Source of the DNA: Candidatus Omnitrophota bacterium
GTDB lineage: Bacteria > Omnitrophota > Gorgyraeia > Gygaellales > Profunditerraquicolaceae
Assembly: GCA_028712175.1 (NCBI GenBank)
Contig: JAQTQQ010000003.1
Coordinates: 71,093-135,092, forward strand
DNA length: 64,000 nucleotides
Direction: 5' to 3'
The notes below the pieces were generated by a model. It did no database searches. It saw only the letters and a list, made by a program, of their open reading frames with translations, and was not told where the DNA came from. Positions 45,689 to 53,593 of this stretch are shown here, in pieces (position 1 is the stretch's first letter; the number at the start of each line of letters is the position of its first letter). Position numbers and translations under genes: made by a program.

Positions 45689-46180
45689 TTACCTGTTTGT
45701 TGTAAGAGTAGTAATTTTTCCTTCAAGCTCTAATTCCACGCTATTTGGAGTAATTTTTCTTACTTTCGCCCCGCTAACAGAATCGTTCTCTTTTACAATC
45801 CGGTTGTTTATTAACGCGTATTTGCCGTTAGTTGAGAAGAAAGTTCCGTTTAAAACAAAATTTCTTTTTTCTGATTCAAGATCGGGCTCCGGGGTTTTGC
45901 TTTTTTCTTTTGGCGGCTCTGCCGGGGTAACGGCTAAAGCAGGAGGGGTAACTGCCAATTGTCCGGCAGGGATAGTTTTTTTGGGGGCCTCTTGAGGTTT
46001 TGCTTTTTTGTTTAATATATTTAATATGATATTGCCTAAAAACAGCCCTACTAAAAGAACCAGTATATATAAAAGTATTGGGTTTTGCGCAGGCTTTGTT
46101 TCTGCGGGCGCATTTTGATGAGCAGTATTTCCTGGGTTCTGCGCTTCCGGATTTTTCAGGGGTTCATTAATAATACTCAT
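45689..46180 (-). CDS. Pro/Ala-rich membrane-anchored protein with GspB-like (T2SS protein B) C-terminal domain
   Basis: TM at ...ILLYILVLLVGLFLG.... Pro-rich linker. C-terminus ...FVLNGTFFSTNGKYALINNRIVKENDSV.GAKVRKITPNSVELE.... Confidence 0.4.
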   Translation of the reverse strand: MSIINEPLKNPEAQNPGNTAHQNAPAETKPAQNPILLYILVLLVGLFLGNIILNILNKKAKPQEAPKKTIPAGQLAVTPPALAVTPAEPPKEKSKTPEPDLESEKRNFVLNGTFFSTNGKYALINNRIVKENDSVSGAKVRKITPNSVELELEGKITTLTTNR

Positions 46181-46387
46181 ATATTTAATCCCGTGCTCTA
46201 GCTTTTACAGTTTAGCGTTGGCTTATGCATTCTTTAAGCACATTGATTCTTTCGTAGTTATTATAACAAAATTATAAAGTTTGTAAATCTTATAATTGAA
46301 TATAGATAAATTAATTTGAGGCTTTTGCCGGCAGCTTATTGGGTGAATTTATCTTGAAACCCAAGAGCTGGCATGGATTGTAAGCTA

Positions 46388-46416
46388 TTGACATGAATAT
46401 TAATATATGCTATCAT
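46388..46416 (+). promoter_or_regulatory. Consensus sigma70 promoter (TTGACA-17-TATCAT) overlapping annotated PilZ start
   Basis: TTGACA at 46388-46393. TATCAT at 46411-46416. The next in-frame ATG is at 46425. Confidence 0.45.
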
Positions 46417-46763
46417 TTCAAGCGATGGATAGGGTAGGTAAGAAAGAAAATCGGTGTTTCCCGCGGATAGACTTTCACTCAAAAATTCATTATCAGATTA
46501 GAGGCAAGCCGGATTTTGATAGCGCGCTTAGCAACGATATAAGCTGCGGCGGCTTAAGGTTTAGTAATGACAGGTTTATTCCTACTCTAACTGCGCTGAT
46601 GCTTGAGATAAAAGTTTTAAACCGCGTATTAAGGCCTATCGGGAAAATAGTATGGTTTTCATCTTTGGGCCATTCTAACCGTAATCAAATGGGCGTAGAG
46701 TTTGTAGAATTCGACCCGTCAGAAAAAAAATACCTTAAAGATTTTATAAACATGCAGCTTTAA
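46407..46763 (+). CDS. PilZ-domain protein (c-di-GMP receptor-like); true start possibly ATG 46425
   Basis: RxxxR (RCFPR) and DxSxxG (NDISCGG) PilZ motifs. Confidence 0.65.
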   Translation: MLSFQAMDRVGKKENRCFPRIDFHSKIHYQIRGKPDFDSALSNDISCGGLRFSNDRFIPTLTALMLEIKVLNRVLRPIGKIVWFSSLGHSNRNQMGVEFVEFDPSEKKYLKDFINMQL

Positions 46764-46794
46764 GCAGTTACAATTTAATGAAAGGAAAGTAGTT

Positions 46795-46992
46795 ATGGCA
46801 GGCGAAGCAGATAAGGAAAAAGGAGCTGGAGAAAAACCAAAAGCAGAGAAACAAACCAATTGTCCTTCTTGTAATAAACTTATAAAGAAGTTAAAACGGT
46901 ATTATCGAAACGGTAAGCTATATTGCAGCAAAAAATGCTGGCGTGCTTTTGTGGTTAAGTCAAAAGAAGAAGCCGGCAAAGAGAATAAATGA
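46795..46992 (+). CDS. Small zinc-ribbon protein
   Basis: 65 aa, CPSC...16 aa...CSKKC, flanked by K/E-rich tails. Sits between two PilZ genes. Confidence 0.45.
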   Translation: MAGEADKEKGAGEKPKAEKQTNCPSCNKLIKKLKRYYRNGKLYCSKKCWRAFVVKSKEEAGKENK

Positions 46993-47339
46993 CAAGAAGC
47001 CTTAAAGAACGCAGGTTACACCCTAGAATAGACCACCGGCTGCCGCTTAACCTGGCGGTTAACGGTTATGATTTCTCTACTTCCACCCACAATATCAGCA
47101 GTGTCGGCGCTTACTGCCATCTGGATAAATACATGCCGCCTTTTACTAAGATTTCTGTTAAATTAAGCCTTCCAAATAAAGAGAAGGCCGGCAAGAATAC
47201 TATTGTCGAATGCAGGGGAGTAGTAGTGAGGTCTGAGGATGAAGCCGCAGGAGGGTTTAACTTGGCCATATTCTTCAATGATATCCGCGATGACCAGCGT
47301 AAAAAAATTGCCCATTATGTAAGCCAATTCTTGCCTTAA
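46989..47339 (+). CDS. PilZ-domain protein
   Basis: RRLHPRIDHR (RxxxR) and NISSVGA motifs. Confidence 0.7.
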   Translation: MTRSLKERRLHPRIDHRLPLNLAVNGYDFSTSTHNISSVGAYCHLDKYMPPFTKISVKLSLPNKEKAGKNTIVECRGVVVRSEDEAAGGFNLAIFFNDIRDDQRKKIAHYVSQFLP

Positions 47340-47352
47340 TAAACCTTAAAAA

Positions 47353-47868
47353 TTGGGAAAAGCCGCAAAACATAATCCACGTGTTAAGCTTATAACAGGC
47401 CTCATCTATAAAGATGAGGCTGTTTTTATTAAAGCCAAGAATAAATTAAGAAAAAAATTCGGCAAGATTGATTTTGAATCGGCACCGCTTGATTTTAATT
47501 ATACCGACCATTATGAAGCGGAGATGGGCGGTTTGTTAAAAAGAAGGTTTATTGGCTTTGCAAAATTAATTCCAATCCAGGATCTCTATAAAATCAAGCT
47601 TTTTACTAACAGGCTAGAGGCAAAATTCTCAATTTCCGGAAACCGTTCTGTGAATATCGACCCGGGTTATATGGATTTGGCAAAGCTTGTGCTTGCTTCG
47701 ACTAAAGACTACTCCCATAGGATATTCTTACGAAAAGGGATTTTTGCCGAGATAGCATTGACTTACCGGAAAGATACATTTTCCCGCAATGACTGGACCT
47801 ATCCGGATTATTGCTCAAAAGAGTATATTGATATCTTTAACCAGATAAGGAAAATTTATGCGCCTTAG
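47353..47868 (+). CDS. Hypothetical protein (possibly DUF4416-like)
   Basis: 171 aa soluble protein with no catalytic motif. TTG start per ORF track. Confidence 0.4.
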   Translation: MGKAAKHNPRVKLITGLIYKDEAVFIKAKNKLRKKFGKIDFESAPLDFNYTDHYEAEMGGLLKRRFIGFAKLIPIQDLYKIKLFTNRLEAKFSISGNRSVNIDPGYMDLAKLVLASTKDYSHRIFLRKGIFAEIALTYRKDTFSRNDWTYPDYCSKEYIDIFNQIRKIYAP

Positions 47869-48592
47869 CATTGTTTTAGTTTTTTTTATTGTTTTTTTAA
47901 GCGGCTGTACTTCGGTTTATAATCCAGCGACAGGGCAGCATGAAACCCTGCTTATTGATACGCAAACCGAGGTCAGTTTAGGCGAAGATATGGCAGAGCA
48001 GATTAACTCGGAAGTTAAGCTGCTTACCAGCCATAAGATGCGTGAGCGCCTTGAGAGGATTGCAGGCAGGATTTCTGCGGTTAGCGACAGGAAGGATATC
48101 AGTTATAAGTTTAATATCGTCGAAAATAAAGAATTTAATGCCTTTGCCATACCCGGAGGCATTGTTTATGTTCATAGCGGCCTTTTGGAGGAAGCCAATG
48201 ATGATGAGCTGGCAGCTGTTCTTGGCCATGAAGTCGGGCATATTGCCGCTCGGCATAGCGTAAAACGGCTGCAGGCGGTTTTAGGGTATCAATTAATCAC
48301 TTCAATTGCTTTAGGGGCGAGTGGACAAAAACAGGTTTTACAGGCCGTTGATGTAGTTTTTAATGTAGTTGTCTTAGGTTATAGCCGTAAAGATGAATAT
48401 CTGGCAGATAAACTAGGGGTTAAGTACGCCAAGGCAGCGGGATTTAATCCGCAGGGCATGGTTACTTTCTTTAGGAAGCTTGAAAAAGAAGGAGGCGATA
48501 CAGGTATTAACCTGGTTTTTTTAAGTTCGCATCCTCCCATTGAAGAGCGAATTAAGCAGGCAGAAAAAGAGATCGCCGCCTTAAATCAATAA
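47858..48592 (+). CDS. M48-family zinc metalloprotease lipoprotein
   Basis: Lipobox LSGCTS. HEVGH zincin motif (LGHEVGHIAARH). Confidence 0.8.
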   Translation: MRLSIVLVFFIVFLSGCTSVYNPATGQHETLLIDTQTEVSLGEDMAEQINSEVKLLTSHKMRERLERIAGRISAVSDRKDISYKFNIVENKEFNAFAIPGGIVYVHSGLLEEANDDELAAVLGHEVGHIAARHSVKRLQAVLGYQLITSIALGASGQKQVLQAVDVVFNVVVLGYSRKDEYLADKLGVKYAKAAGFNPQGMVTFFRKLEKEGGDTGINLVFLSSHPPIEERIKQAEKEIAALNQ

Positions 48593-48596
48593 TCAG

Positions 48597-49556
48597 ATGC
48601 CATCCTATCCGTCGTACCTTCAGGCCTATAAGAGCGGTAAATTGCAGGAAATAACCGGCCAGTTGTTTTCCTCCCTGGAATCCTGTCAGATCTGCCCGCG
48701 CCGCTGCAAGGTTAACCGTTTGGACAATAAAACCGGTTTTTGTAAGACTGGAAAGCTGCCTAAAGTTTACAGCTTTATGCGCCATTACGGGGAAGAGCCT
48801 CCTATTTCGGGTACGGCTGGCAGCGGGACAATATTCTTTAGCCATTGCAATATGGGCTGCATATATTGTCAGAATTATGAATTCAGCCAAATGGGAAAGG
48901 GGAAAGAATATTCCTTTGAAGAGTTGGCAGAAATAATGTTAAAGTTGCAGGCAGACGGCTGCCACAATATTAATTTAGTCACCCCTACGCATGTCTTACC
49001 GCAAATTCTTAAGAGCCTAAATCTGGCTATTTCCTCCGGGTTAAATATACCCTTGGTTTATAATACCAGCGGGTATGAATTAGCGGAGGTTATTAAACTG
49101 CTTGAGGGGATAGTCGATATTTACCTAAGCGATAGCCGTTACGGAGATGATTTGTCCGCAGAAGAATTATCGCATGCTGCGGGGTATGTAAAATTAAATC
49201 AAAAGGCGCTTTTAGAAATGCACAGGCAGGCAGGGACCGTGCAGTTTACTGAAAGCGGGTTAATTAAAAAAGGCCTGATTATCAGGCATTTAGTTATGCC
49301 CAATCAGGTTTCAGGTACGGAAGAGATTATGAAATTTATTGCCGGTGAATTATCTGATGAAACATATATAAGCCTGATGAGCCAGTACCTGCCTTATTAT
49401 AAAGCACAAGGCAACCTTAAGATTAACCGCCGTATAAAATTTAAAGAGTATGAAGAGGCAAAGAAAATTTTGGAGCGTTATCATTTGTTTAACGGTTGGA
49501 TGCAGGAGTCATACGGCCGGGAACGATTTGCCGGGGTAAATATCAAGCCGGTTTAA
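48597..49556 (+). CDS. AmmeMemoRadiSam system radical SAM enzyme
   Basis: 319 aa. N-terminal Cys cluster (CQICPRRC...C) plus a canonical CNMGCIYCQN rSAM motif. The overall PFL-activase-like architecture is typical of AmmeMemoRadiSam rSAM partners. Confidence 0.8.
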   Translation: MPSYPSYLQAYKSGKLQEITGQLFSSLESCQICPRRCKVNRLDNKTGFCKTGKLPKVYSFMRHYGEEPPISGTAGSGTIFFSHCNMGCIYCQNYEFSQMGKGKEYSFEELAEIMLKLQADGCHNINLVTPTHVLPQILKSLNLAISSGLNIPLVYNTSGYELAEVIKLLEGIVDIYLSDSRYGDDLSAEELSHAAGYVKLNQKALLEMHRQAGTVQFTESGLIKKGLIIRHLVMPNQVSGTEEIMKFIAGELSDETYISLMSQYLPYYKAQGNLKINRRIKFKEYEEAKKILERYHLFNGWMQESYGRERFAGVNIKPV

Positions 49557-49574
49557 TTTGTCAAAAGGAACCGC

Positions 49575-50042
49575 ATGTTTAAGAAAGCCATTTCTTTTTT
49601 ATCTGCCAAGCTTTTAAAAATTAATGATACTCCTCATAAGATTGCCTTAGGCGCTGGTTTAGGAATATTCTCCGGGATTATACCCGGTACAGGGCCTTTG
49701 GCTGCATTATTCCTGGCCTTCTTATTCAGGGCTAACCGCGCAGCAGCCTTATTGGGCAGTATGTTTACCAATACCTGGCTTAGTTTTGTAACTTTTATCT
49801 TTGCAATAAAGATTGGTTCTGCTATACTTGATATGAAATGGCAGGACGTAGAAGCGAAAGCGCATTTTTTGATCAGTGATTTTAGTTTTAATAAATTATT
49901 TAAACTTTCTTTTTTTGATGCATTCTTGCCCATTGTATCAGGGTATTTAGTTATTGGCCTGGTTTTAGGTTTGTTCAGTTACCTAATTACATTGCTGATA
50001 ATCAGGAGGAAATTCCATGGAATTAAAAAAATTCACCCATAA
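49575..50042 (+). CDS. DUF2062-like membrane protein
   Basis: ...IALGAGLGIFSGIIPGTGPLAALFLAFLF... motif. 155 aa. Confidence 0.6.
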   Translation: MFKKAISFLSAKLLKINDTPHKIALGAGLGIFSGIIPGTGPLAALFLAFLFRANRAAALLGSMFTNTWLSFVTFIFAIKIGSAILDMKWQDVEAKAHFLISDFSFNKLFKLSFFDAFLPIVSGYLVIGLVLGLFSYLITLLIIRRKFHGIKKIHP

Positions 50043-50565
50043 TATTAGAAATGATTTTAACCGCGCAATCAGCCTTGTCGGTGTTATCCCCTTGCTTGTT
50101 TTTGTGTATTTAGTAGTCGGGAAGTTATCCAATTTCAATAACTTAGCCGGCGAGATTGGCTATATCATATTGGCCACAATCGGAGTTTTCATTATGGGGA
50201 TCATCGTCGGCAGAAGGATGCTTATGTCGGTAACCTTGAAATTGATAGATGATAACCAGAAGATTTTGCTCATGCAGCAGGAATTGATCGGAAAGAACCG
50301 TTTGGCGGCAATTACCGAAACCGTGCTCACCTTGGGGGACCAGGTAAATAACCCGCTTTTGGTCATCGGCGGCAACCTCGAGCTTTTGGATTCGGAGATT
50401 AAAAGTTCAGGCGCCAGCGAAAAAATTCAAAACAGAATTCAGACTATGCGGAATAATTTTCAAAAGATCCGTGATGTTACGGATAAGATGTCAAAATTAA
50501 CGAAAGCGGAATTGGTTAAAATTCATGGCGATACACAGATGATTGATTTGAGTAAGTCTATCTAA
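50017..50565 (+). CDS. Membrane protein with HisKA-like dimerisation helix, no ATPase domain
   Basis: One N-terminal TM and coiled-coil-like ...LGDQVNNPLLVIGGNLELL... 182 aa. Confidence 0.35.
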   Translation: MELKKFTHNIRNDFNRAISLVGVIPLLVFVYLVVGKLSNFNNLAGEIGYIILATIGVFIMGIIVGRRMLMSVTLKLIDDNQKILLMQQELIGKNRLAAITETVLTLGDQVNNPLLVIGGNLELLDSEIKSSGASEKIQNRIQTMRNNFQKIRDVTDKMSKLTKAELVKIHGDTQMIDLSKSI

Positions 50566-50671
50566 TTACCAGAATAATCTTGGTCGATAGACGATAGATT
50601 GTGGACGATAAAAATTTCAACATGAAAACGGTTTTATCGGCTTCAGTCTATAGACCATAGTCGCTCGTAAA

Positions 50672-50712
50672 TAAAATAAGGCCGTACTTTTTTAGTACGG
50701 CCTTATTTTTAT
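50672..50712. terminator. Bidirectional intrinsic terminator between convergent genes
   Basis: aaataaaat-AAGGCCGTAC-tttttt-AGTACGGCCTT-atttttatt. A-run and T-run flank the hairpin. Confidence 0.7.
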
Positions 50713-50721
50713 TGAATAATA

Positions 50722-51036
50722 TTAATCTCCGTAGACAGTGGTGGTGTATTCACCATAAATGCCCAGAATATTCTTGGCATCGTAGTCTACATATTTGATG
50801 TTTCTGATTCCGCCTTCTGAAGCCGCGGCTTTTATGCTGCAATCGCCTGTTGCCACTAAGCCTAAGATGGAGGTAGCTTTAGATGTCCCTACTTTACTGT
50901 AAGAGATTCCGCCATCCGCAGCACCTACAGGGGCTTTGACTTCGGTATAAAGCATTCCCATCGGATACGGGGTGGCACAACCATTAAGCAATACCGCAAC
51001 AAATAAAACCAAAACAATAAAACTTATTTTCTTCAT
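50722..51036 (-). CDS. TRL-like family lipoprotein
   Basis: Lipobox LNGCATP. 104 aa Gly-rich sequence typical of the TRL domain. Confidence 0.55.
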   Translation of the reverse strand: MKKISFIVLVLFVAVLLNGCATPYPMGMLYTEVKAPVGAADGGISYSKVGTSKATSILGLVATGDCSIKAAASEGGIRNIKYVDYDAKNILGIYGEYTTTVYGD

Positions 51037-51155
51037 GAGATCCTCCTTTCAGCCAATATTCTATCAAAATGGTTTTATAATTCAAGATTTATTTGGCTTG
51101 CTAAAATTAATTTTAAGAGTTAAAATATGAAGAAATTAAAGGATATGGAGGGAGA

Positions 51156-51905
51156 TTGATGAATAAAATTGTTTTATTAAGGCACGGGGAAAGCATTTGG
51201 AATAAAGAAAACCGTTTTACCGGCTGGACCGATGTCGACTTGTCCGAAAAAGGAGTAGAGGAGGCGACGAATGCCGGAGAGTTACTTAAAAAAGAAGGTT
51301 TTCTGTTTGACATGGCTTATACCTCGGTACTAAAACGGGCTATCCGCACGCTTTGGATTACTTTAGACAAAATGGATTTAATGTGGATACCTGTATATAA
51401 TTCATGGAGGTTAAACGAAAGGCATTATGGAGCCTTGCAGGGTTTAAATAAATCTGAGACTGCAGCAAAATACGGTGAAAAGCAGGTTTTAATATGGAGA
51501 AGAAGTTACGATGTGCCTCCGATGGCCCTAGAAAAGAGTGACGGCCGTTATCCGGGTAATGACCCCAGGTATAAAGAGCTTAAGGCCAAGGAGTTGCCGC
51601 TTACCGAATGCCTAAAAGATACCGTTGCCAGGTTTCTTCCTTATTGGCATGAAACTATTGCGCCCAGCGTAAAAAGCGGGAAAAAAGTAATTATTGCAGC
51701 CCACGGAAATTCATTGCGCGCCTTGGTTAAATATCTCGATAATATTTCCGAAGAAAAAATCGTAAATTTAAATATTCCTACCGCCATTCCTTTGGTCTAT
51801 GAATTAGATGATAATTTAAAACCAATTAAGAGTTATTACCTGGGGGATCAAGAGGCAGTGAAAAAAGCTATGCAGTCAGTGGCAAATCAAGGTAAAGCTA
51901 AATAA
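51156..51905 (+). CDS. gpmA: 2,3-bisphosphoglycerate-dependent phosphoglycerate mutase
   Basis: ...[25 protein letters not shown]... carries the RHGE catalytic motif. 249 aa. Confidence 0.9.
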   Translation: MMNKIVLLRHGESIWNKENRFTGWTDVDLSEKGVEEATNAGELLKKEGFLFDMAYTSVLKRAIRTLWITLDKMDLMWIPVYNSWRLNERHYGALQGLNKSETAAKYGEKQVLIWRRSYDVPPMALEKSDGRYPGNDPRYKELKAKELPLTECLKDTVARFLPYWHETIAPSVKSGKKVIIAAHGNSLRALVKYLDNISEEKIVNLNIPTAIPLVYELDDNLKPIKSYYLGDQEAVKKAMQSVANQGKAK

Positions 51906-51919
51906 AGAAAGGGGACTAG

Positions 51920-52591
51920 ATGAAAAAGATATGTTTGTTGTTTGGTTGCATTGTTGCTTGTTTTTTTCTAATTGGCGTTTGCGCGGTATGCGCTGAAGGT
52001 GAGGAGTCTTCTGGTGTTTTAAAGAAGCAACCCAGCGGCACTGATTGGAAGCAGGAATTAATTTCTGATAAACAGCAAATTAACCAGCAGCGCCAGCAGA
52101 TAAAACAAAATGCGCAGGAGGCAAGAACGCAGGAACAACAGCTAAAAGAGCAAATAAAATCAGCAGTTGATTCAGGCGATACGAAATTGGCCAGAGAGCT
52201 AAGAGAGCAGTTAAGGGCTACACACATGGCAAATGTGAAGCAGATGGTTCAGGACAAGGATGCTCTAAAGACCGATATGAAAGATTTTAGGAGTGATGTT
52301 AGAAAAGCGCGCCAGGATGGCGTATTGCCTCCAAAGAGAGACAAAGACAATAATCCTCCGGGGCCTAAAGGTGGACCGGGAACTAACTGGGAGAATAAAC
52401 CCGGGCCGCAAGGCGGACCAGGCGCCAGCCCGGATAGAAAGCCGCGGTTAGACAAAGACAATAATCCTCCGGGGCCTAAAGGTGGACCGGGAACTAACTG
52501 GGAGAATAAACCCGGGCCGCAAGGCGGACCAGGCGCCAGCCCGGATAGAAAACCTATTGGTAGGCCACGCGCTGCAGCGCCTAGAAGATAA
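51920..52591 (+). CDS. Secreted Gln-rich coiled-coil protein with two identical 37-aa Gly/Pro-rich repeats
   Basis: Signal peptide, Q/E-rich helix, then 2x DKDNNPPGPKGGPGTNWENKPGPQGGPGASPDRKP. Confidence 0.5.
   Translation: MKKICLLFGCIVACFFLIGVCAVCAEGEESSGVLKKQPSGTDWKQELISDKQQINQQRQQIKQNAQEARTQEQQLKEQIKSAVDSGDTKLARELREQLRATHMANVKQMVQDKDALKTDMKDFRSDVRKARQDGVLPPKRDKDNNPPGPKGGPGTNWENKPGPQGGPGASPDRKPRLDKDNNPPGPKGGPGTNWENKPGPQGGPGASPDRKPIGRPRAAAPRR
52336..52557. repeat. Perfect 111-nt direct tandem duplication inside CDS
   Basis: The stretch gacaaagacaataatcctccggggcctaaaggtggaccgggaactaactgggagaataaacccgggccgcaaggcggaccaggcgccagcccggatagaaa occurs twice. The two copies are offset by 111 nt. Confidence 0.8.
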
Positions 52592-52684
52592 AAGACAAAT
52601 ATAGAAAACATGTTCCGAAGAATATTCTTTAATTTGTTTTTTGTGGTTTTATTTTTAGGGAGGACTCTGGAAGGGGGATTAGCG

Positions 52685-53116
52685 ATGAAATTATCTAGCC
52701 CTGATTTTGAAAATAATACATTAATGCCAGTAAAATTTTCTTGCCAGGGCCAAGGCGTGAATCCGGCATTAATTATTGAGAATATTCCTAAAGAAGCTAA
52801 AAGCCTGGCATTAATAGTTGATGACCCTGACGCCTTGCTTAAAACTTACGTTCATTGGGTTGTTTACGATATTCCGGTTATTGCGCGCATAGAAGAGAAT
52901 AGTATCCCCGGGACGCAAGGTGTGAATACCTCCGGAGATATCTATTATGTAAGCCCATGTCCGCCAACCGGTACCCACCGTTATTTCTTTAAGATCTATG
53001 CCCTTGATAAAATGCTTGGTTTAGATGATGGCGCAAGCAAAGCAGAATTAGAAAAGGCAATGCAGGGCCACATTTTAGATAAAGCGGAGTTAATCGGTTT
53101 ATTTAAGAAAAAGTAA
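52685..53116 (+). CDS. YbhB/YbcL (PEBP/RKIP) family protein
   Basis: ...YVHWVVYDIP... and ...GTHRYFFKIYALD... are PEBP signatures. Start is chosen at ATG 52685, which has GGAAGGGGGA 7 nt upstream. ORF-track start 52610 would add a signal-peptide-like N-terminus. Confidence 0.75.
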   Translation: MKLSSPDFENNTLMPVKFSCQGQGVNPALIIENIPKEAKSLALIVDDPDALLKTYVHWVVYDIPVIARIEENSIPGTQGVNTSGDIYYVSPCPPTGTHRYFFKIYALDKMLGLDDGASKAELEKAMQGHILDKAELIGLFKKK

Positions 53117-53125
53117 AGGAGAGAT

Positions 53126-53533
53126 ATGCTAAATTATTTTAAGGTAGTGATTTTGTTGTTTATTGCAGTTTTATTTAGTTGTTTTAACCTTTTTGCTGAA
53201 CAACAAGACGAGGTGGACCCGATAACCCTTGAGTTCCAAAGGATGGATGCGGATAAAGACGGTTATATCGTTTCTGAAGAAATGCGGATGTATGAGGAGC
53301 AAAGGTTTAGGGAATTAGATAAAGATAAAAGCGGGTTTATTGATTCAAAAGAACTCTCATCCGATAAAACAAAGATGTATGAAAATGCTGATACGGATAA
53401 AGACGGAAAAATTACTAAAACAGAATCCATCTCCCAGTTTGCCGAATACTTTAAACAAATGGATAAAGATAATGACAACAGGATAACCGAAGAAGAGTAC
53501 ACAGATTATTGGAAGGGAATATATCGTTTTTAG
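53126..53533 (+). CDS. Secreted EF-hand calcium-binding protein (4 EF-hand loops)
   Basis: Signal peptide. Four EF-hand loops: DADKDGYIVSEE, DKDKSGFIDSKE, DTDKDGKITKTE, DKDNDNRITEEE. Confidence 0.7.
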   Translation: MLNYFKVVILLFIAVLFSCFNLFAEQQDEVDPITLEFQRMDADKDGYIVSEEMRMYEEQRFRELDKDKSGFIDSKELSSDKTKMYENADTDKDGKITKTESISQFAEYFKQMDKDNDNRITEEEYTDYWKGIYRF

Positions 53534-53546
53534 GAAGTATTTTTAT

Positions 53547-53590
53547 AAAAGGGGACGTAAGAAGAAAAGAAAACGTTCCCTTTTATTTTT
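53547..53590 (+). terminator. Rho-independent terminator (GGGGACG-stem family)
   Basis: aaaaggggacg-taagaagaaaagaaaa-cgttccc followed by ttttattttt. Confidence 0.6.
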
Positions 53591-53593
53591 CAG

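Noticed and set aside
47353-47868. Candidate AMMECR1 component of the AmmeMemoRadiSam system
   Set aside because: No AMMECR1 hallmark (conserved Cys/RGCIG-type motif). Better described as an uncharacterised DUF-like protein.
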